From: Sedimentisphaerales bacterium
Lineage (GTDB): Bacteria; Planctomycetota; Phycisphaerae; Sedimentisphaerales; Anaerobacaceae
Direction of reading: 5' to 3'
DNA: 64,000 nucleotides
Assembly (NCBI GenBank): GCA_963708075.1
Contig: OY970194.1
Coordinates: 2,496,001 to 2,560,000 of the forward strand
Below, piece after piece: positions 1 through 11,586 of the stretch. The notes beneath the pieces are model-generated. The model was not told the origin of the DNA and did not search any database. It saw only the letters and a list, made by a program, of their open reading frames with translations. Within the stretch, counting starts at the first letter, position 1. Every line of letters begins with the position of its first letter. The position numbers and the translations under genes were made by a program.

Positions 1-515
1 CGGTTGTCGAGGTCGTCACCCATGACCGCCATGGCGACGAACTTCGCCCCGGTGCCGTAACCCGGACAATGATCCGTCACGAGCAGATCATTATCGATGG
101 TCTTGGGGACATGGAACGCACGGATGTCGAAGCCGGCTTCATCGGCCACCGTGTTGAGGATGTGAGCCGTGTTGGCCGAGTCATTTCCACCAATGTAGAA
201 GAAGTAACGGATGTTGCGTCTCTGGAAGACCTCCAGGATCTTGCAGCAATACTCCTTATCCGGCTTGTCCCTGCTGCTGCCGAGTGCCGAGGAGGGGGAT
301 GCCGCCACGGTCGCGAGTGTCTCGTCCGAGAGCTTGCCCAGATCGATGAACTGGTCCTTGACCATCCCCGCCACCGCGTGGACAGCCCCGTAGATATTCT
401 GAATCTCAGGGTGCTTCTTCGCCTCTTCAATGACGCCGACCAACGAGGCGTTGATCACGCCGGTCGGTCCGCCCGACTGCCCTACGACCGCGTTTGCTGT
501 TGGTGCCTTTGCCAT
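1..515 (-). CDS. 6-phosphofructokinase, PfkA/PPi-PFK family (runs off window start)
   Basis: Manual translation: MAKAPTANAVVGQSGGPTGVINASLVG...FYIGGNDS...VPKTIDNDL...PGYGT, which are PFK signature motifs. GGAG RBS upstream. Not in the ORF track because it is truncated. Confidence 0.9.
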   Translation of the reverse strand, partial: MAKAPTANAVVGQSGGPTGVINASLVGVIEEAKKHPEIQNIYGAVHAVAGMVKDQFIDLGKLSDETLATVAASPSSALGSSRDKPDKEYCCKILEVFQRRNIRYFFYIGGNDSANTAHILNTVADEAGFDIRAFHVPKTIDNDLLVTDHCPGYGTGAKFVAMAVMGDDLDN

Positions 516-609
516 TTCGAATATTCTCCAAAAAGAACGTAGATCGGCCGATGGGAAGCAATCAATCCATCAGCCCATAGCTCACATTCCCTTCGCACGC
601 GAAGGCGTC

Positions 610-637
610 ATTATACAAACCATACCCCGATGCTCAA
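610..637 (-). promoter_or_regulatory. sigma70-type promoter for pfk
   Basis: TTGAGC-N16-TATAAT on the minus strand. Confidence 0.55.
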
Positions 638-751
638 CAGGGAATCGGAAAATTCATGCGCATGCCTTTCGCTGAAATGCGGATCGGTGTTTCCCTTGTG
701 CAGCAAATCCGCTATCCTATGGGAAAGACTCTGTGTGACAGGAGAATGAGA

Positions 752-1669
752 ATGGGCATGTGCAGAAGGCGTTTGTTCGAGGCAATCTTGGGCTTGCTCT
801 GGGTCTCGCAGGCAGCGTGGGCAACTGATTCCGCTCCGCAAAGGCAGGCGGCACTGACCTTCTTCGGCTGGTCGGATCAGCATGTGCAGGTCGATGGCAA
901 TGGGGATCATCTGGTCCCCGCGATCGAGGCGATGAACACCCTGCCCGGCCGGGCATACCCGGAGGCTATCGGCGGCACTGTGGATAAGCCCGCCTTTGTG
1001 TTCGGCCTCGGGGACGTGACCGAGTGGCCCAGCCGTGCTGCGATCGATACCTATGAGCAACTCATCACAAAGCGGCTCAAGTTCCCCACATACGACATCG
1101 CCGGCAACCACGATATCGGCGGCCTGTCGCCGGTGGACACCGTTCTCAGTTGGATCACCAGGCGTCACGGGGCGTTGCGATACACGTTCGACAAGGGCGG
1201 CGTCCGCTTCATCGGCCTGTTCTCAGAATACGACGAGAAACTGAACAATCCCGCTCAGCCGATTTCGAAGCAGGCCCTTCAGTACCTTCGCGAGACACTC
1301 GCCAAAGTGCCTGAGGGTAAGCCGGTCGTTGTCGCTACACACCTGTGCTTCGACGCGATCACGAACCGTGACGAGCTGGTGGACGCCTTCGGCAAGGCGA
1401 ACGTCATCCTGGTCCTCGGCGGGCATTACCACAAGGCGACCGTGCACAACTTCCGCGGCGTCAACTTCGTCCAACTGCCCTCCCCCGAGCCCAAATCCGC
1501 CGGCGAGTTCACCGTGATCCGCGTCACCTCCAACCGCCTCGTCGCCATCCCCTTCAATTACAGAGAGAACCGATGGGCCTCTGAGAAGCAGAAGATCCTC
1601 GACGTGCAAATCAAAGGGCCAGCCAATTCGCCTGTCGAAAAAGAGGAGTCTGCTGCACCGGTGAAATGA
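752..1669 (+). CDS. Secreted calcineurin-like metallophosphoesterase
   Basis: Motifs SDQH, GDVT, GNHD, GGHYH; signal peptide (RRRLF...AAWA); AGGAG RBS at 740-744. Confidence 0.8.
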   Translation: MGMCRRRLFEAILGLLWVSQAAWATDSAPQRQAALTFFGWSDQHVQVDGNGDHLVPAIEAMNTLPGRAYPEAIGGTVDKPAFVFGLGDVTEWPSRAAIDTYEQLITKRLKFPTYDIAGNHDIGGLSPVDTVLSWITRRHGALRYTFDKGGVRFIGLFSEYDEKLNNPAQPISKQALQYLRETLAKVPEGKPVVVATHLCFDAITNRDELVDAFGKANVILVLGGHYHKATVHNFRGVNFVQLPSPEPKSAGEFTVIRVTSNRLVAIPFNYRENRWASEKQKILDVQIKGPANSPVEKEESAAPVK

Positions 1670-1681
1670 TCTTTGTCACAC

Positions 1682-2932
1682 TCATCCCCAGGCACGCGTG
1701 ACTTCCTCGGCGATGATTTGGACGCCGGCGGCGACGACCTTGTCGTCTTGGGCGTAGTTGACGCGGATGCACTCGTGGACGTGGGGCCAGGGGTCGGAGA
1801 GGCCGGGGAAGAAATAGTGGCCGGGGACGATGAGGACGCCCCGCTGTTTCAATCGCTCGTAAAGCTGCTGGTTTGTGATCGGCAGGCCCGGAAACCACAT
1901 CCAGACGAAGAACGCCCCCTCCGGCTGGTGGACATAGTAATCCACGTCCTTGAAGCATTTGTGAATCTGTTCCAGCACCTGCTGCGCTTTGGCCTGGTAG
2001 AACGGTCGGATGATCTCGCGGCCGATGCGGAGGATCTCGCCGGAACGGACCGAGTCGCTGATGAGAGCCGGGCCTACGCCGCCCGGAGCAAGGCTCATCA
2101 CGGCGTTGACCCGCGCGACCATGTCCACGATCTCCTGGCGAGCGATGACGATCCCCGTGCGCACACTGGGCAGGCCCAGCTTGGACAGGCTCATGCAGAG
2201 GATCATGTTCTCGTTCCACAGGGGCTCGGCATCGGTGAACACGATGTTCGGGAAAGGCGTGCCGTAGGCGTTGTCCACGATCAGCGGAATGCCCTTAGCC
2301 ATCGCCAGATCGCTGAGCCTCTGCAATTCAGAGTTGCCGAGCACGTTGCCTGTGGGATTTGTCGGCCGCGAAACGCACACCACCCCGACTTCATCCGGGA
2401 TCGCCAGACTGTCGAAATCGATGTGGTACTTGAAGAGACGATCCTCCAGGTGCTCGATCCGCGGCTTGTTGGCGAGGAATAGATCAGGGGCCAGGCCCAC
2501 GTCGCAATAGCCGATGTACTCAGGCATCAGGGGGAAAAGGACCTTCTTCGTTGTCCCGTCCTCGTACCGGCCCGCGAAGAGATTGAGGAGCATGAAGAAG
2601 GCGATCTGACTGCCGTTGGTCAGGGCGATGTTCTGCGGACCGATGTCCCATCCATATTGTCGTCGCAGAAGTGTGACGAGGGCTTCAATGAACTCGACGT
2701 TGCCGCCCGGCGGGTCATAACTACCGATGACCCGCTCGAACCGGTCGCCATCGGCCAGGATTTGCGTCATGCTCCGGCGAAAATACTGCTCCACCTGCGG
2801 GATATGCGCGGGATTGCCGCCGCCGAGCATGAGGACGTCACGCCCCGCCGAGGCCGCGACGCCGAGATCGTCCATCAGTTGGCCGATCCCCGATTGCACC
2901 GCCAGTTTCCGCCCGAACTTCGATACGTCCAT
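1682..2932 (-). CDS. avtA: Valine--pyruvate aminotransferase (class I PLP enzyme)
   Basis: SGIGQLMDDL, LGGGNPAHIP, NIALTNGSQ, SRPTNPTGNV, DNAYG, SLSKLGLP motifs typical of AvtA. Confidence 0.85.
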   Translation of the reverse strand: MDVSKFGRKLAVQSGIGQLMDDLGVAASAGRDVLMLGGGNPAHIPQVEQYFRRSMTQILADGDRFERVIGSYDPPGGNVEFIEALVTLLRRQYGWDIGPQNIALTNGSQIAFFMLLNLFAGRYEDGTTKKVLFPLMPEYIGYCDVGLAPDLFLANKPRIEHLEDRLFKYHIDFDSLAIPDEVGVVCVSRPTNPTGNVLGNSELQRLSDLAMAKGIPLIVDNAYGTPFPNIVFTDAEPLWNENMILCMSLSKLGLPSVRTGIVIARQEIVDMVARVNAVMSLAPGGVGPALISDSVRSGEILRIGREIIRPFYQAKAQQVLEQIHKCFKDVDYYVHQPEGAFFVWMWFPGLPITNQQLYERLKQRGVLIVPGHYFFPGLSDPWPHVHECIRVNYAQDDKVVAAGVQIIAEEVTRAWG

Positions 2933-2968
2933 CTTCTGAGCCCCATCCGAACACACCACTCAGGATCT

Positions 2969-3048
2969 GGGTGGCAGCGTCAAGCGCAGCTTGGCGATGG
3001 TTTGCCCATTCGCCATCGCCAAGGCCTTTGGCCTTGACACTGCCACCC
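2969..3048. repeat. Palindromic repeat family A, copy 1
   Basis: GGGTGGCAGCGTCAAG...CTTGGCGATGG-loop-CCATCGCCAAG...CTTGACACTGCCACCC; long imperfect hairpin. Confidence 0.9.
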
Positions 3049-3084
3049 GGTTCAATTGTCCGTTTCTCATCATGCGCCGAGGGA

Positions 3085-6000
3085 TCACACCTGCACGGCT
3101 TGTCGAGGCACCATGAAATAGAGCCACTTCGCAAGGACATTGTCCCGCAGGATAGCGGCGGCGGCTTGGGCATATAGATTCACTTGGCCTCGATAGGTCT
3201 CCGCTCGTGCAGCGATGTCATTGCGGCCGACGCGGTCGGTTTTGAAATCAATGACGATCAGGCCCTGCGGCGTCTGCACAAGCACGTCGATCACACCCTG
3301 CACGACGATGAACTCGCCGGCCGCCCCGTCGGGTGTGCGATGAGCATACGTGAAGGGCCACTCGCGCAGGACACGGTTGGCCCTGTCAAGGACGACCGCA
3401 CCCAGGTCGCACTGAAAGAAGGCCAGGATCATCTCGGCCTTGACGCTCTCGGCCACTTCCACCGTCATGGCATGCTCGTGGACAAGCCGGCTCTTCGTCC
3501 GCTCGATCACATCCAGCGTGATTGGCTGCTTCAGGTCGAGACCGGCGATGACTGAGTGGGCCGCCGTGCCGGTCGATAGCGGATCGTACGGCTGAGTCGC
3601 CACGAGTCCCGGCGCCGCCAGGGCAATCGGCAGACGTGCGAGAGCCTGTGAGGAATCGCGCAGCGCGAATGTATCATCAGGATGCGTCAGCTTCGTCACC
3701 GAACTCTTGGCCGGCGAAGTGACCGCCCGGGCAAACGGATACCGCCAGCCCAAATGCTCCTTGAGCTCTGCAAGCAGCCTCTTTGCTTCAGCCGAAGGTT
3801 TTGGTTTGTTCTGTGCCGGTTTCGTGCCATTGGTCTTTCGGGCCCGCAGGTTCAGAACGAGATCGGAGAACGCCTTCAACTCCTCCCGGCCGTAGAGCCT
3901 GAACTCGAACAACCCATCGTCGCGGGCGCTGTCGCTCAGGTCGGTGCCGAACGCCTGGTGCAGGATGCGCTGATCGGACAAGCCGTACAGAATCCATTCG
4001 AGGCCGTTCTTGCACGCCGTCAGCAGCCAGTCGGGAATTCTCTTCTCGCCCAGCAGCAGGCCGGTGGCGAGATACTTGCCGCAATCGGTCCGCTTCTGCG
4101 ACGCCGTCAGAATCAGCCGGTCCTTGGCTCGCGTCGTGGCGACGTAAAGAATCCGCATCTCTTCCGCCAGGCCGGCCGCCTGCTTCTTCTCGCCAATCAC
4201 CTGGTGCGCCAGCGACTGCAGCTTCGTGTTCGATCGCGCGTCGACGATCTGCAGGCCCACGGCGTCATCCGTATCGACGACCATGTCCGCGTAGAGGTCC
4301 CGCCGATTGAATTCCGTCTCGAGCTCCGCGAGAAAGACGACGGGGAATTCGAGTCCCTTGCTCTTGTGCACGCTCAGGATGCGCACGGCGTTGCCCGCGG
4401 CGCTGCCGGGTTGCGCCGGCGCCCAGTCCTGCCCCGCCGCCTGGAGCCGCTCGATGAACTCGACGAACCGGGTCAGTGACGCGATTCCCGTATTGCTGGC
4501 AAAGCCTTCGAACTGGACGGCACGGTCGTGGAGTTTGAGGAGATTGGCCTTGCGGGCCTGGCCGTTGGGCAGGGCCGAGACGAACGCAATAAAGGAGCTT
4601 TCGCGATAGATTCGCCAGAGCAGGCCCGCCAGGTCGCCACGGCGGGCGAGGCTGCGCCACTGTTCCAGCGTCTTGAACGCCGTGTTCAGCTTGCCTCGCA
4701 GCGTCTCATCCGGCCCGCGATCGCGGTACCGAATGGCACAGGAATAGAAGTTCGACACATCAGGCTGGTCTTGTCCATGCAGGCGTATCCGGGCCAAATC
4801 GCTGTCGCTAATGGCGAAAAATGAGCCGCGAAGGACCGCGGCCAGCTCGATGTCCCGCTGGGGATTGTCGAGGACCTTGAGCAGGCACAGGACGTCGTTA
4901 ATCTCGGTGGCCTCGAAGTAGCCGGCGGTCGCGTCACAACTGACCGGGACGCCGTTCAACCGCAGAATCTCAACATAATCGTTCGCTTTCTTGGCCAGCG
5001 AGCGCATCAGGATAACGATGTCCCGATACTCGACGTTGCGCAGCGAGTCCGTCTCGCCGTCATGAATCTGGAACTCCGCCCGGCCCGTGTCCGCGCCGAC
5101 AATCTGCCGGATGCGCTGTGCGATCATCGCCGCCTGGCGGTGCCGCGCATGCACAAGACCGATATCTTCACCGGTTTTCGTGTCCACTTCGTCTTCACTC
5201 GCCGCTTCTGTGCCGCCGGCCTTCTCATCGAGGATGTGCAGTTCCACGAGAGGCTTGCTCCGGGTGGCAGCGTCAAGCGCAGCTTGGCGATGGTCTCCTG
5301 CGAATGCGCCATCGCCAAGGCCTTCGGCCTTGACGCTGCCACCCGTCTCAGGAGCTTGCGGCCCCTCCTGCGGCGCGGGCGCAGGCGGGCGGCCTCATCG
5401 TAGTCGATATTCGCCACGGCGGCTGTCATAATCCGGCCGAATACCTTGTTCACGAAGTCCAGAATGCCTTTGGCGGAGCGGAAGTTGTAGTTCAGGTCCA
5501 CGCGGAAGCCGCGGGCGATCTCCTTCGGATCGACGGAGGCCGGGGTCAGATGCTCGAGGAAAATGGTCGGCTCGGCCCCGCGCCAGGCGTAGATGCTCTG
5601 CTTGACGTCGCCGACGACAAAGACGTTGTCGCCTGAGCCCAGCGCGTCGAGGATCGCCTGCTGCACGGGGTTGATGTCCTGATACTCATCGACGAAGATG
5701 TACTTGTACCGCTTGCGCAGGGCCAGGGCCGTCTCGCTGGGCGCCAACTGTCCCGCAGCCGGGCTCTCGGTCAGCAACTGCAGAGCGAATCGTTCCAGAT
5801 CGGCGAAATCGAGACCGCTCAACGCGCGTTTTCGCTCCGCGTACAGCCGTGTGAATTTCTGCACCAGCTCGATCAGGACCTGCGTCTGCATGCTCGTGGA
5901 GCGACCAACGAGGTCCAGGTAGTCGGGATTGACCAGGGCCAGTCCGCTCAGACCTTTCACGGTCTTGCTCGCCCCATCAACCAGCCCACCCACTACATTG

Positions 6001-6893
6001 CCGATCGTCTCGGACAGATCTTTCGGAGAGATCTTTCGCAGCGACTGGAGTGCCTGGATGTGCTCGATACAGCCCTGCCATTTACCCGCCTTGAGTTTCG
6101 CGAGGCATCCCTTCACGGGCTCAACCCAGGCCGCCTCCATCTTGTCGCCCCAGTCCCCATCGGGGAGTTCCTGCCGGTACAGCTTCTGTGCCCAGGCCAG
6201 CCGGCAGAGGACGGCATTCAGACGGGTCTCAATGAGTCTCTTCTGCTTGCGTCCGAGCTCGGCATCCGAGGCGTTCGCCGCGGCCGCTAGCGTCCGGGCC
6301 CGCTCGCACCATGCATCGGGGACCACGACCCCTTCGAGGAAATCAGCAAGCTGGATGACGCTGGAGAGAAAGCCGTTGTTCTCGCGCAGGTCCCGGCCGC
6401 GCAGAAGCTCGTGCAGGCCCGGCGAGAGATGATTCTGCTGCCACGCCCACTCGACTGTCTCCTCGAGCATCTCCGCCTTGAGCAACATGGCCTCGTCGCT
6501 GTCGATGACCCGGAACGACGGATCGAGGGACAGCTTATGGAAGTGCTCCGTGATCATCCGTTTGCAGAACGAGTGGATCGTACTGATGTCGGCGCCCTGG
6601 AGCAGGGTGAGCTGGCGGGCCAGCCGCGAGTCGCGCGTGCGGTGAAACGCCTCGCGAAGCTGCTTGGCGATGCGGGAGCGCATCTGCTCGGCCGCCGCAT
6701 CCGTGAACGTCAGCACGAGCATGTTGAGCACGTCGGGACACACGGCGCCGTCCGAGATCAGGTTGATGCAGCGGCCCGACAAGACCGCCGTCTTACCCGT
6801 CCCAGCGGACGCGGTGACGAAGATATTGCCGCCGCGGCTCAGGATCGCCCGCGCCTGCTGGTCCGTCCACTTGATTGGCTTATCCTTGCTCAT
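3085..6893 (-). CDS. addA: AddA helicase/nuclease, split by one frameshift between about 5247 and 5395
   Basis: Walker A ASAGTGKT, VDEYQD, VGDVKQSIY in ORF 5124..6893; SVHKSKGLEF, EEMRILYVATTRAK and PD-(D/E)XK nuclease GVIDVL...IDFKT in ORF 3085..5247; adjacent to addB. Confidence 0.9.
5262..5344. repeat. Palindromic repeat family A, copy 2 (inside addA)
   Basis: Near-identical to copy 1; lies between the DYDEAARL and LVELHILDE segments of AddA. Confidence 0.9.
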
Positions 6894-9800
6894 CCGTTCT
6901 CAAGCTTCGCAATCAAATCGTCCTTGCTGATCGGCGACAGGAAGTTGTAGTCATTGATCTGCCAGTCGAAGTGACAGACGGGCAGAAACTCACAGAACGT
7001 ACAGCCTCGCTCGCTGCCGCGATGATACGGCTTGCACTCGATCCTGCCGGAGGCGATATCGGCCGCCAGGCGAATAACGTTCTTCCGCGACCACTCCAGC
7101 AGACTTGTGAAGTGCGCAGGCCGAAGGGCGTTGCTCCGCGAGTATTGTCCGTATGGGTCGCCGTCTTTCTTAACGTAGAAACCGTAGTAGTCGCTGTATC
7201 CGGCGGCGCCGGCATCGAGATGCCCGCAATAGGCGCCGTTGATGATGCCTCGGGCCTTGCGCTGAAACTTGCGGCTCCCCTCGTCGAACTCGTCCGGTTT
7301 AGCCCTTTGAGGGGGCGTCTCGATCGGCAGGTACAGCGCCCCGGCGATATCATCCGCGTATGCTGAGCCGGCGTGGTGGACGGCGAGCATGTATATGGCA
7401 AGCTGAACATCGAGGCCATGGTACAGGCTCGACCAATCGAAGCGGGCGCCGCTCTGCGTGCGCTTGTAATCGAGGATGAGCGCTGCCTTCCTGCCGTTGA
7501 CCTCGGCGATGTCGAGCCGGTCGATTTTGCCGCTCAGGATGAGCCTGCGGCCGTCCGGCAGGGGCAACTCGAATCGGCTGAACTTGCTCGAGGCGTCCGC
7601 CGCGTGCCCGAAGGCCGCCTCAGACAGTCGGGGCCGGAAGGACCCTGCCCGGACCATCTGGGCGATGGCCAGCACGCAGTCGCGCAGGACCTCGCCGGCA
7701 CTGTAAATGACGAACGCGTTGTGCGCGGACCGCTGTACGAAATTCGAGAGAAACGAGTCCTGCTCCATGAGTTTTGCGATCTGCTCGTCCAGGAGTAGCA
7801 CGAGGCGGTCCTCCTTGACGGAGGCGAAGCTCTCCCGCTCGGCGGACAGCCGCCTCTGGAGCGAATCCAGCACGCTATGGTAAAACAGGCCCAGGTCCAG
7901 TGGATCGAGTTTGAATTCCCGCCGGGGCTTGAGGTCCAGCGTGTATCGCACGAAGTGCCTGTAGGGGCAGGTGGCAAAGGCGGCCAGCCGGGTCGCGGAA
8001 CCCCGGATTTCACTGCCGAAAAGCTCTTTCGCCACGGCCGGCTCCAGGCTCGCATGATTCTCGTAACTCAGTGCGGCGGCGACCGGCCGAATGATCGACT
8101 CTTGATCGCCGGCCAACTGCATCGCGTCCAACAGCCCCTTGAGCCGGTCCTTGTCGCAGGCAGCGGCGAGGAATGCATCCCTGCCGAGCCGGGTACAGAG
8201 CAGCTCCGTCAACTCCGCCCCGTTGCGAACATCGTCAAGCTCCAGCAGGTTATCTCCAACGAACTCCTCGTGGAGGTCGTCGAACAGCAGCTTCAGATCA
8301 TCAATGAAATGGGAATGGGCAATGGGGCCGCCCTTCTCATCGAGGCACGGAAAACTGATGCACAGAAACTCCGACGGCCTCGTGAATGCGATGTACGCGA
8401 GATATTGGCGGTCTGCGAGGAATTGGGCGGTGACAGGCGCGATATGAAACTCGGCGGTCTCGGCGGCGCAGCGGTCCTCGTCGGTCAGCACGCCGGTCGC
8501 GGGGATGGGGATGGGAAACTGCTTTTGCGTCGCGCCGAGCAGGAAAATCGCCTTGAGGCTCGGATGACGGCTTCGCTCGATGGAGCCGACGAGCACCTGG
8601 TCCAGGCTCGGCGGAATCAACGCCAGCGTCATCTGTGAGAAGGCCGAATGCAGAATCCCGAAGTAGTCCTGCGCGGTCATCTCCTCGTGGGTGAAGACCT
8701 CGGCAAGCTCGTCGAAGACATCGATGAGCGTGTCGAAGAACTGGCGATGCTCATCGGCCGTGCTCAAGTCGCCCTGCTCGCGGGCCTGCTCCACCCACTT
8801 GTTCAGCCGCTCACGAACGCGCAGACTGTCCAGCAGGTCAAAGATGCAACGAGTGAATGCTCCGGCCGTCAGGGTCTTCTGGGCATTGCCATTGAGGTGC
8901 AGAGCCGTGCGAAGCGTCAGCAGAGGCTCGATCACCTGATCGCGAATACGGTTGATCGCATCCTCGTCGAAGTCCGTATCATCGGCCGCCCGGAATCGCC
9001 ACGGCTCGCTACTGAGCCAGTCCCGGCCGTCCACGCCGAACGCGAGGCAATAGTTCTCAAGCAGGTCGATTTGGGCCGGATCGATGGCCGCAAGGTCGCT
9101 CTTGAGGTACGCGAAGACATCCGCGTGGTCAAAGCCGCCCGTGACCGCCTCCAGGGCCGTGCAGATCAGCTCCACCACCGGGTGCTGGTTGAGGGGCTTG
9201 CGCTTGTCGATGAAGAACGGGATGCCGTAACTGTCGAAGTACGCCCGCACGTACTGCTCGTAATGGTTGAGGTCCGATGCGACGACGGCGATATCGCGGT
9301 AGCGGTACCCCTTGTCGCGGACGAGCGTGAGGATCTGCCTGGCGACGAACTGGATTTCCGAGCGCAAGTTGGGCGCGGAAATCAGCCGAATCCTGCCCCC
9401 CGCCTTCGATTGGGCCGCCCCCGGGCAGAAGATACTCCCCTCGACGTGCCCAAGCGGCGGGCAAGCATCGAACCGGCGGACCTTGCTCAGAATGATCGGC
9501 TGAGTCAGGTGGATCTTGCACTCCGCTGCCCAGCGGAGCAGATCGAAATACGTCCGCTCGACCGGCTCGAACAGACCCTCCGGCGGCGGGGCAAAATAGT
9601 GGCTCGTGATCGAGCCAACGCGGGCGGGATCGACGCAAAACGCCACGTAAGCATGATCGACCGCCTTGAGCAGCTCACCCAAAATCGCCAGCTCGGCCCC
9701 GGTGAAACTGGCGAAACCGTCGATCCAGAGCCTCGCGCCCTTGACGAAATCCATGTCCGCGATCGCCCTGCACGCGGCATTCACCTGGGCCTCCGGATCG

Positions 9801-10327
9801 ATGAATTTGCCTTCCAGAAGCTGCGAGTACTCGTGGAAGATCATGGCAATATCGGCAAACTTCAGGGCCGTGAGTCGATTGCCCTCGCCCTCCTGCAACT
9901 GGCCCGCCAACTCATCCAGATCCTCCGGCACGAGCGCGTAATGGTGCAGCTCGGATACCATGCCCGCCATCTGCCGGGCAAAGCCGGGCAACAGGGCCGA
10001 TGGGCCATAGATTCGCAGCTTGTCCTTGGTATCCCGCAGGACCTTGTGGATGAGCATCTCCCGGCCGATCCGCGAGATCGCGGGCCGGGCCGTATGCCTG
10101 CCCAACAGAAGCAGTTGCAGCCGGTCAAACGAGAGGATGTGCAGCCTGTGATAGCCCCCCACCCGGGGGTCGGACAGGATCGCACGCTCCGCCTGGTACG
10201 TCGCCTGTTCCGGCACGAGGAAGAGCAGCGGCTGTTCCGACGGTTCCTGCAGCGCATCAGCAATCGAACGAACACAAAAGCTCGTCTTGCCCGTCCCGCT
10301 CCGTCCCAGAACAAACTGAACCGCCAT
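6890..10327 (-). CDS. addB: AddB nuclease subunit
   Basis: N-terminal LGRSGTGKT, LVPEQ; C-terminal CPYRHF, GKIDRLD, DYK, QLAIY, CTFCEFLPVC Fe-S staple. Confidence 0.9.
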   Translation of the reverse strand: MAVQFVLGRSGTGKTSFCVRSIADALQEPSEQPLLFLVPEQATYQAERAILSDPRVGGYHRLHILSFDRLQLLLLGRHTARPAISRIGREMLIHKVLRDTKDKLRIYGPSALLPGFARQMAGMVSELHHYALVPEDLDELAGQLQEGEGNRLTALKFADIAMIFHEYSQLLEGKFIDPEAQVNAACRAIADMDFVKGARLWIDGFASFTGAELAILGELLKAVDHAYVAFCVDPARVGSITSHYFAPPPEGLFEPVERTYFDLLRWAAECKIHLTQPIILSKVRRFDACPPLGHVEGSIFCPGAAQSKAGGRIRLISAPNLRSEIQFVARQILTLVRDKGYRYRDIAVVASDLNHYEQYVRAYFDSYGIPFFIDKRKPLNQHPVVELICTALEAVTGGFDHADVFAYLKSDLAAIDPAQIDLLENYCLAFGVDGRDWLSSEPWRFRAADDTDFDEDAINRIRDQVIEPLLTLRTALHLNGNAQKTLTAGAFTRCIFDLLDSLRVRERLNKWVEQAREQGDLSTADEHRQFFDTLIDVFDELAEVFTHEEMTAQDYFGILHSAFSQMTLALIPPSLDQVLVGSIERSRHPSLKAIFLLGATQKQFPIPIPATGVLTDEDRCAAETAEFHIAPVTAQFLADRQYLAYIAFTRPSEFLCISFPCLDEKGGPIAHSHFIDDLKLLFDDLHEEFVGDNLLELDDVRNGAELTELLCTRLGRDAFLAAACDKDRLKGLLDAMQLAGDQESIIRPVAAALSYENHASLEPAVAKELFGSEIRGSATRLAAFATCPYRHFVRYTLDLKPRREFKLDPLDLGLFYHSVLDSLQRRLSAERESFASVKEDRLVLLLDEQIAKLMEQDSFLSNFVQRSAHNAFVIYSAGEVLRDCVLAIAQMVRAGSFRPRLSEAAFGHAADASSKFSRFELPLPDGRRLILSGKIDRLDIAEVNGRKAALILDYKRTQSGARFDWSSLYHGLDVQLAIYMLAVHHAGSAYADDIAGALYLPIETPPQRAKPDEFDEGSRKFQRKARGIINGAYCGHLDAGAAGYSDYYGFYVKKDGDPYGQYSRSNALRPAHFTSLLEWSRKNVIRLAADIASGRIECKPYHRGSERGCTFCEFLPVCHFDWQINDYNFLSPISKDDLIAKLENG

Positions 10328-10500
10328 GCCAGCCTTCCGTGGCGCCCCTCAAACACAACGGGGCGTTTGGGGGCCCCGTGCACCTAACCAAAACGTCCGA
10401 GAACTTGTACCAGACCTCCGGCCGTCTTTCAACAGAAATGCGCAACAGTTTCTGCTGGGGGCGTACGACAAGATTGTGGCAGAGCGAGGATTAGGCTCTT

Positions 10501-10590
10501 GGGTGGCAGCGTCAAGCGGCAGCTTGGCGATGGCGTTCTTGGGATGCGCCACCACCATCGCCAAGGCCTGCGGCCTTGACGCTGCCACCC
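10501..10590. repeat. Palindromic repeat family A, copy 3
   Basis: Same arms as copy 1, longer loop. Confidence 0.9.
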
Positions 10591-10668
10591 GGGTCGAGTG
10601 CCACTTCTTTGTCGTACACCCTCTGCTGGGTGCATGACAGTTGCAGGGCTGACGCGGGGCATTCCGGG

Positions 10669-11586
10669 TCAGGCGACGCTGATGACGGCGAGGCTGGGGG
10701 TGGCCGGCTTGGGGGCGAGGGTCGCGACCTCGGCGAGGCGCTGAGCGTAGGCGAGGTCGGCGTCGCCGATGGTGTCGAGCACTGCTTCGTCGGCCGCTTC
10801 ATCGCGCAATCTTCGCAGGGCGGCGTCCACGAGCAGCAGCAAGGGATTGTAGAAGTACAACACCTGGACGCAATTCTGGACAAGGTGGACCCACAAATCG
10901 CATCGCTTGACGTGGGCGAGCTCGTGGAACAGCACGTCGCGCAGGTGACGAGAGCCGAGCGTGGGAGCAAGATTGCGAGGTACGACGATCACCGGGCGGA
11001 ACAGGCCGCACACGACCGGCTCAGTCCCATCCTCGGAGACTTTCAGTTGGACTCTGCCCCGGATACCCATGCGCTTGCGGCAGTAGGCGAGAATGTCCTT
11101 CATCAGAAGATTGGCCGTCGGCGAGCCTTCGATCCGCCGGCAGGCGGTCAGGGCACGATGCACCAGGATGCCGCTGACGGCAAAGACGCCGGCCAGCCAG
11201 AGCACGAACACTGCCCCCTGCCACGTCAGACTCAGTGGTCGCTCCCCTACCCCAGCCGCTGTGGTCTGGGATTGTCCGGTGATGGGCCGGGATAGGGGAG
11301 CGTTGCTGTGGCTTGCCGGCGCAGGGAATACCGGGTCTGCATAGGCAGCCGTGCCGGCTTGCCAATGGGTAGAAGGAGGATTCAGTGAGAATAACGGTAT
11401 CAACAGAAGATAAGCCAGGACCGACGCCACCAGCCAGTACCGCAGTGCCGCACGGACCCGCGTTCGCAGGAAGAACTCCACCGCCAACACAAAGGCGATC
11501 AACACCGTAGATGTCAGCAGCATCGGCAGGGCAAGTCCTACGAAGGCTTCACCCATCGTATTCACTTGTTCGATTATCCATTCCAT
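10669..11586 (-). CDS. M56 family (BlaR1/MecR1-like) membrane metallopeptidase with no C-terminal sensor
   Basis: RYWL..., VLWLAG, PVVCGLFRPVIVVP, HELAHVKR (HExxH), YFYNPL, EAADE. Confidence 0.85.
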   Translation of the reverse strand: MEWIIEQVNTMGEAFVGLALPMLLTSTVLIAFVLAVEFFLRTRVRAALRYWLVASVLAYLLLIPLFSLNPPSTHWQAGTAAYADPVFPAPASHSNAPLSRPITGQSQTTAAGVGERPLSLTWQGAVFVLWLAGVFAVSGILVHRALTACRRIEGSPTANLLMKDILAYCRKRMGIRGRVQLKVSEDGTEPVVCGLFRPVIVVPRNLAPTLGSRHLRDVLFHELAHVKRCDLWVHLVQNCVQVLYFYNPLLLLVDAALRRLRDEAADEAVLDTIGDADLAYAQRLAEVATLAPKPATPSLAVISVA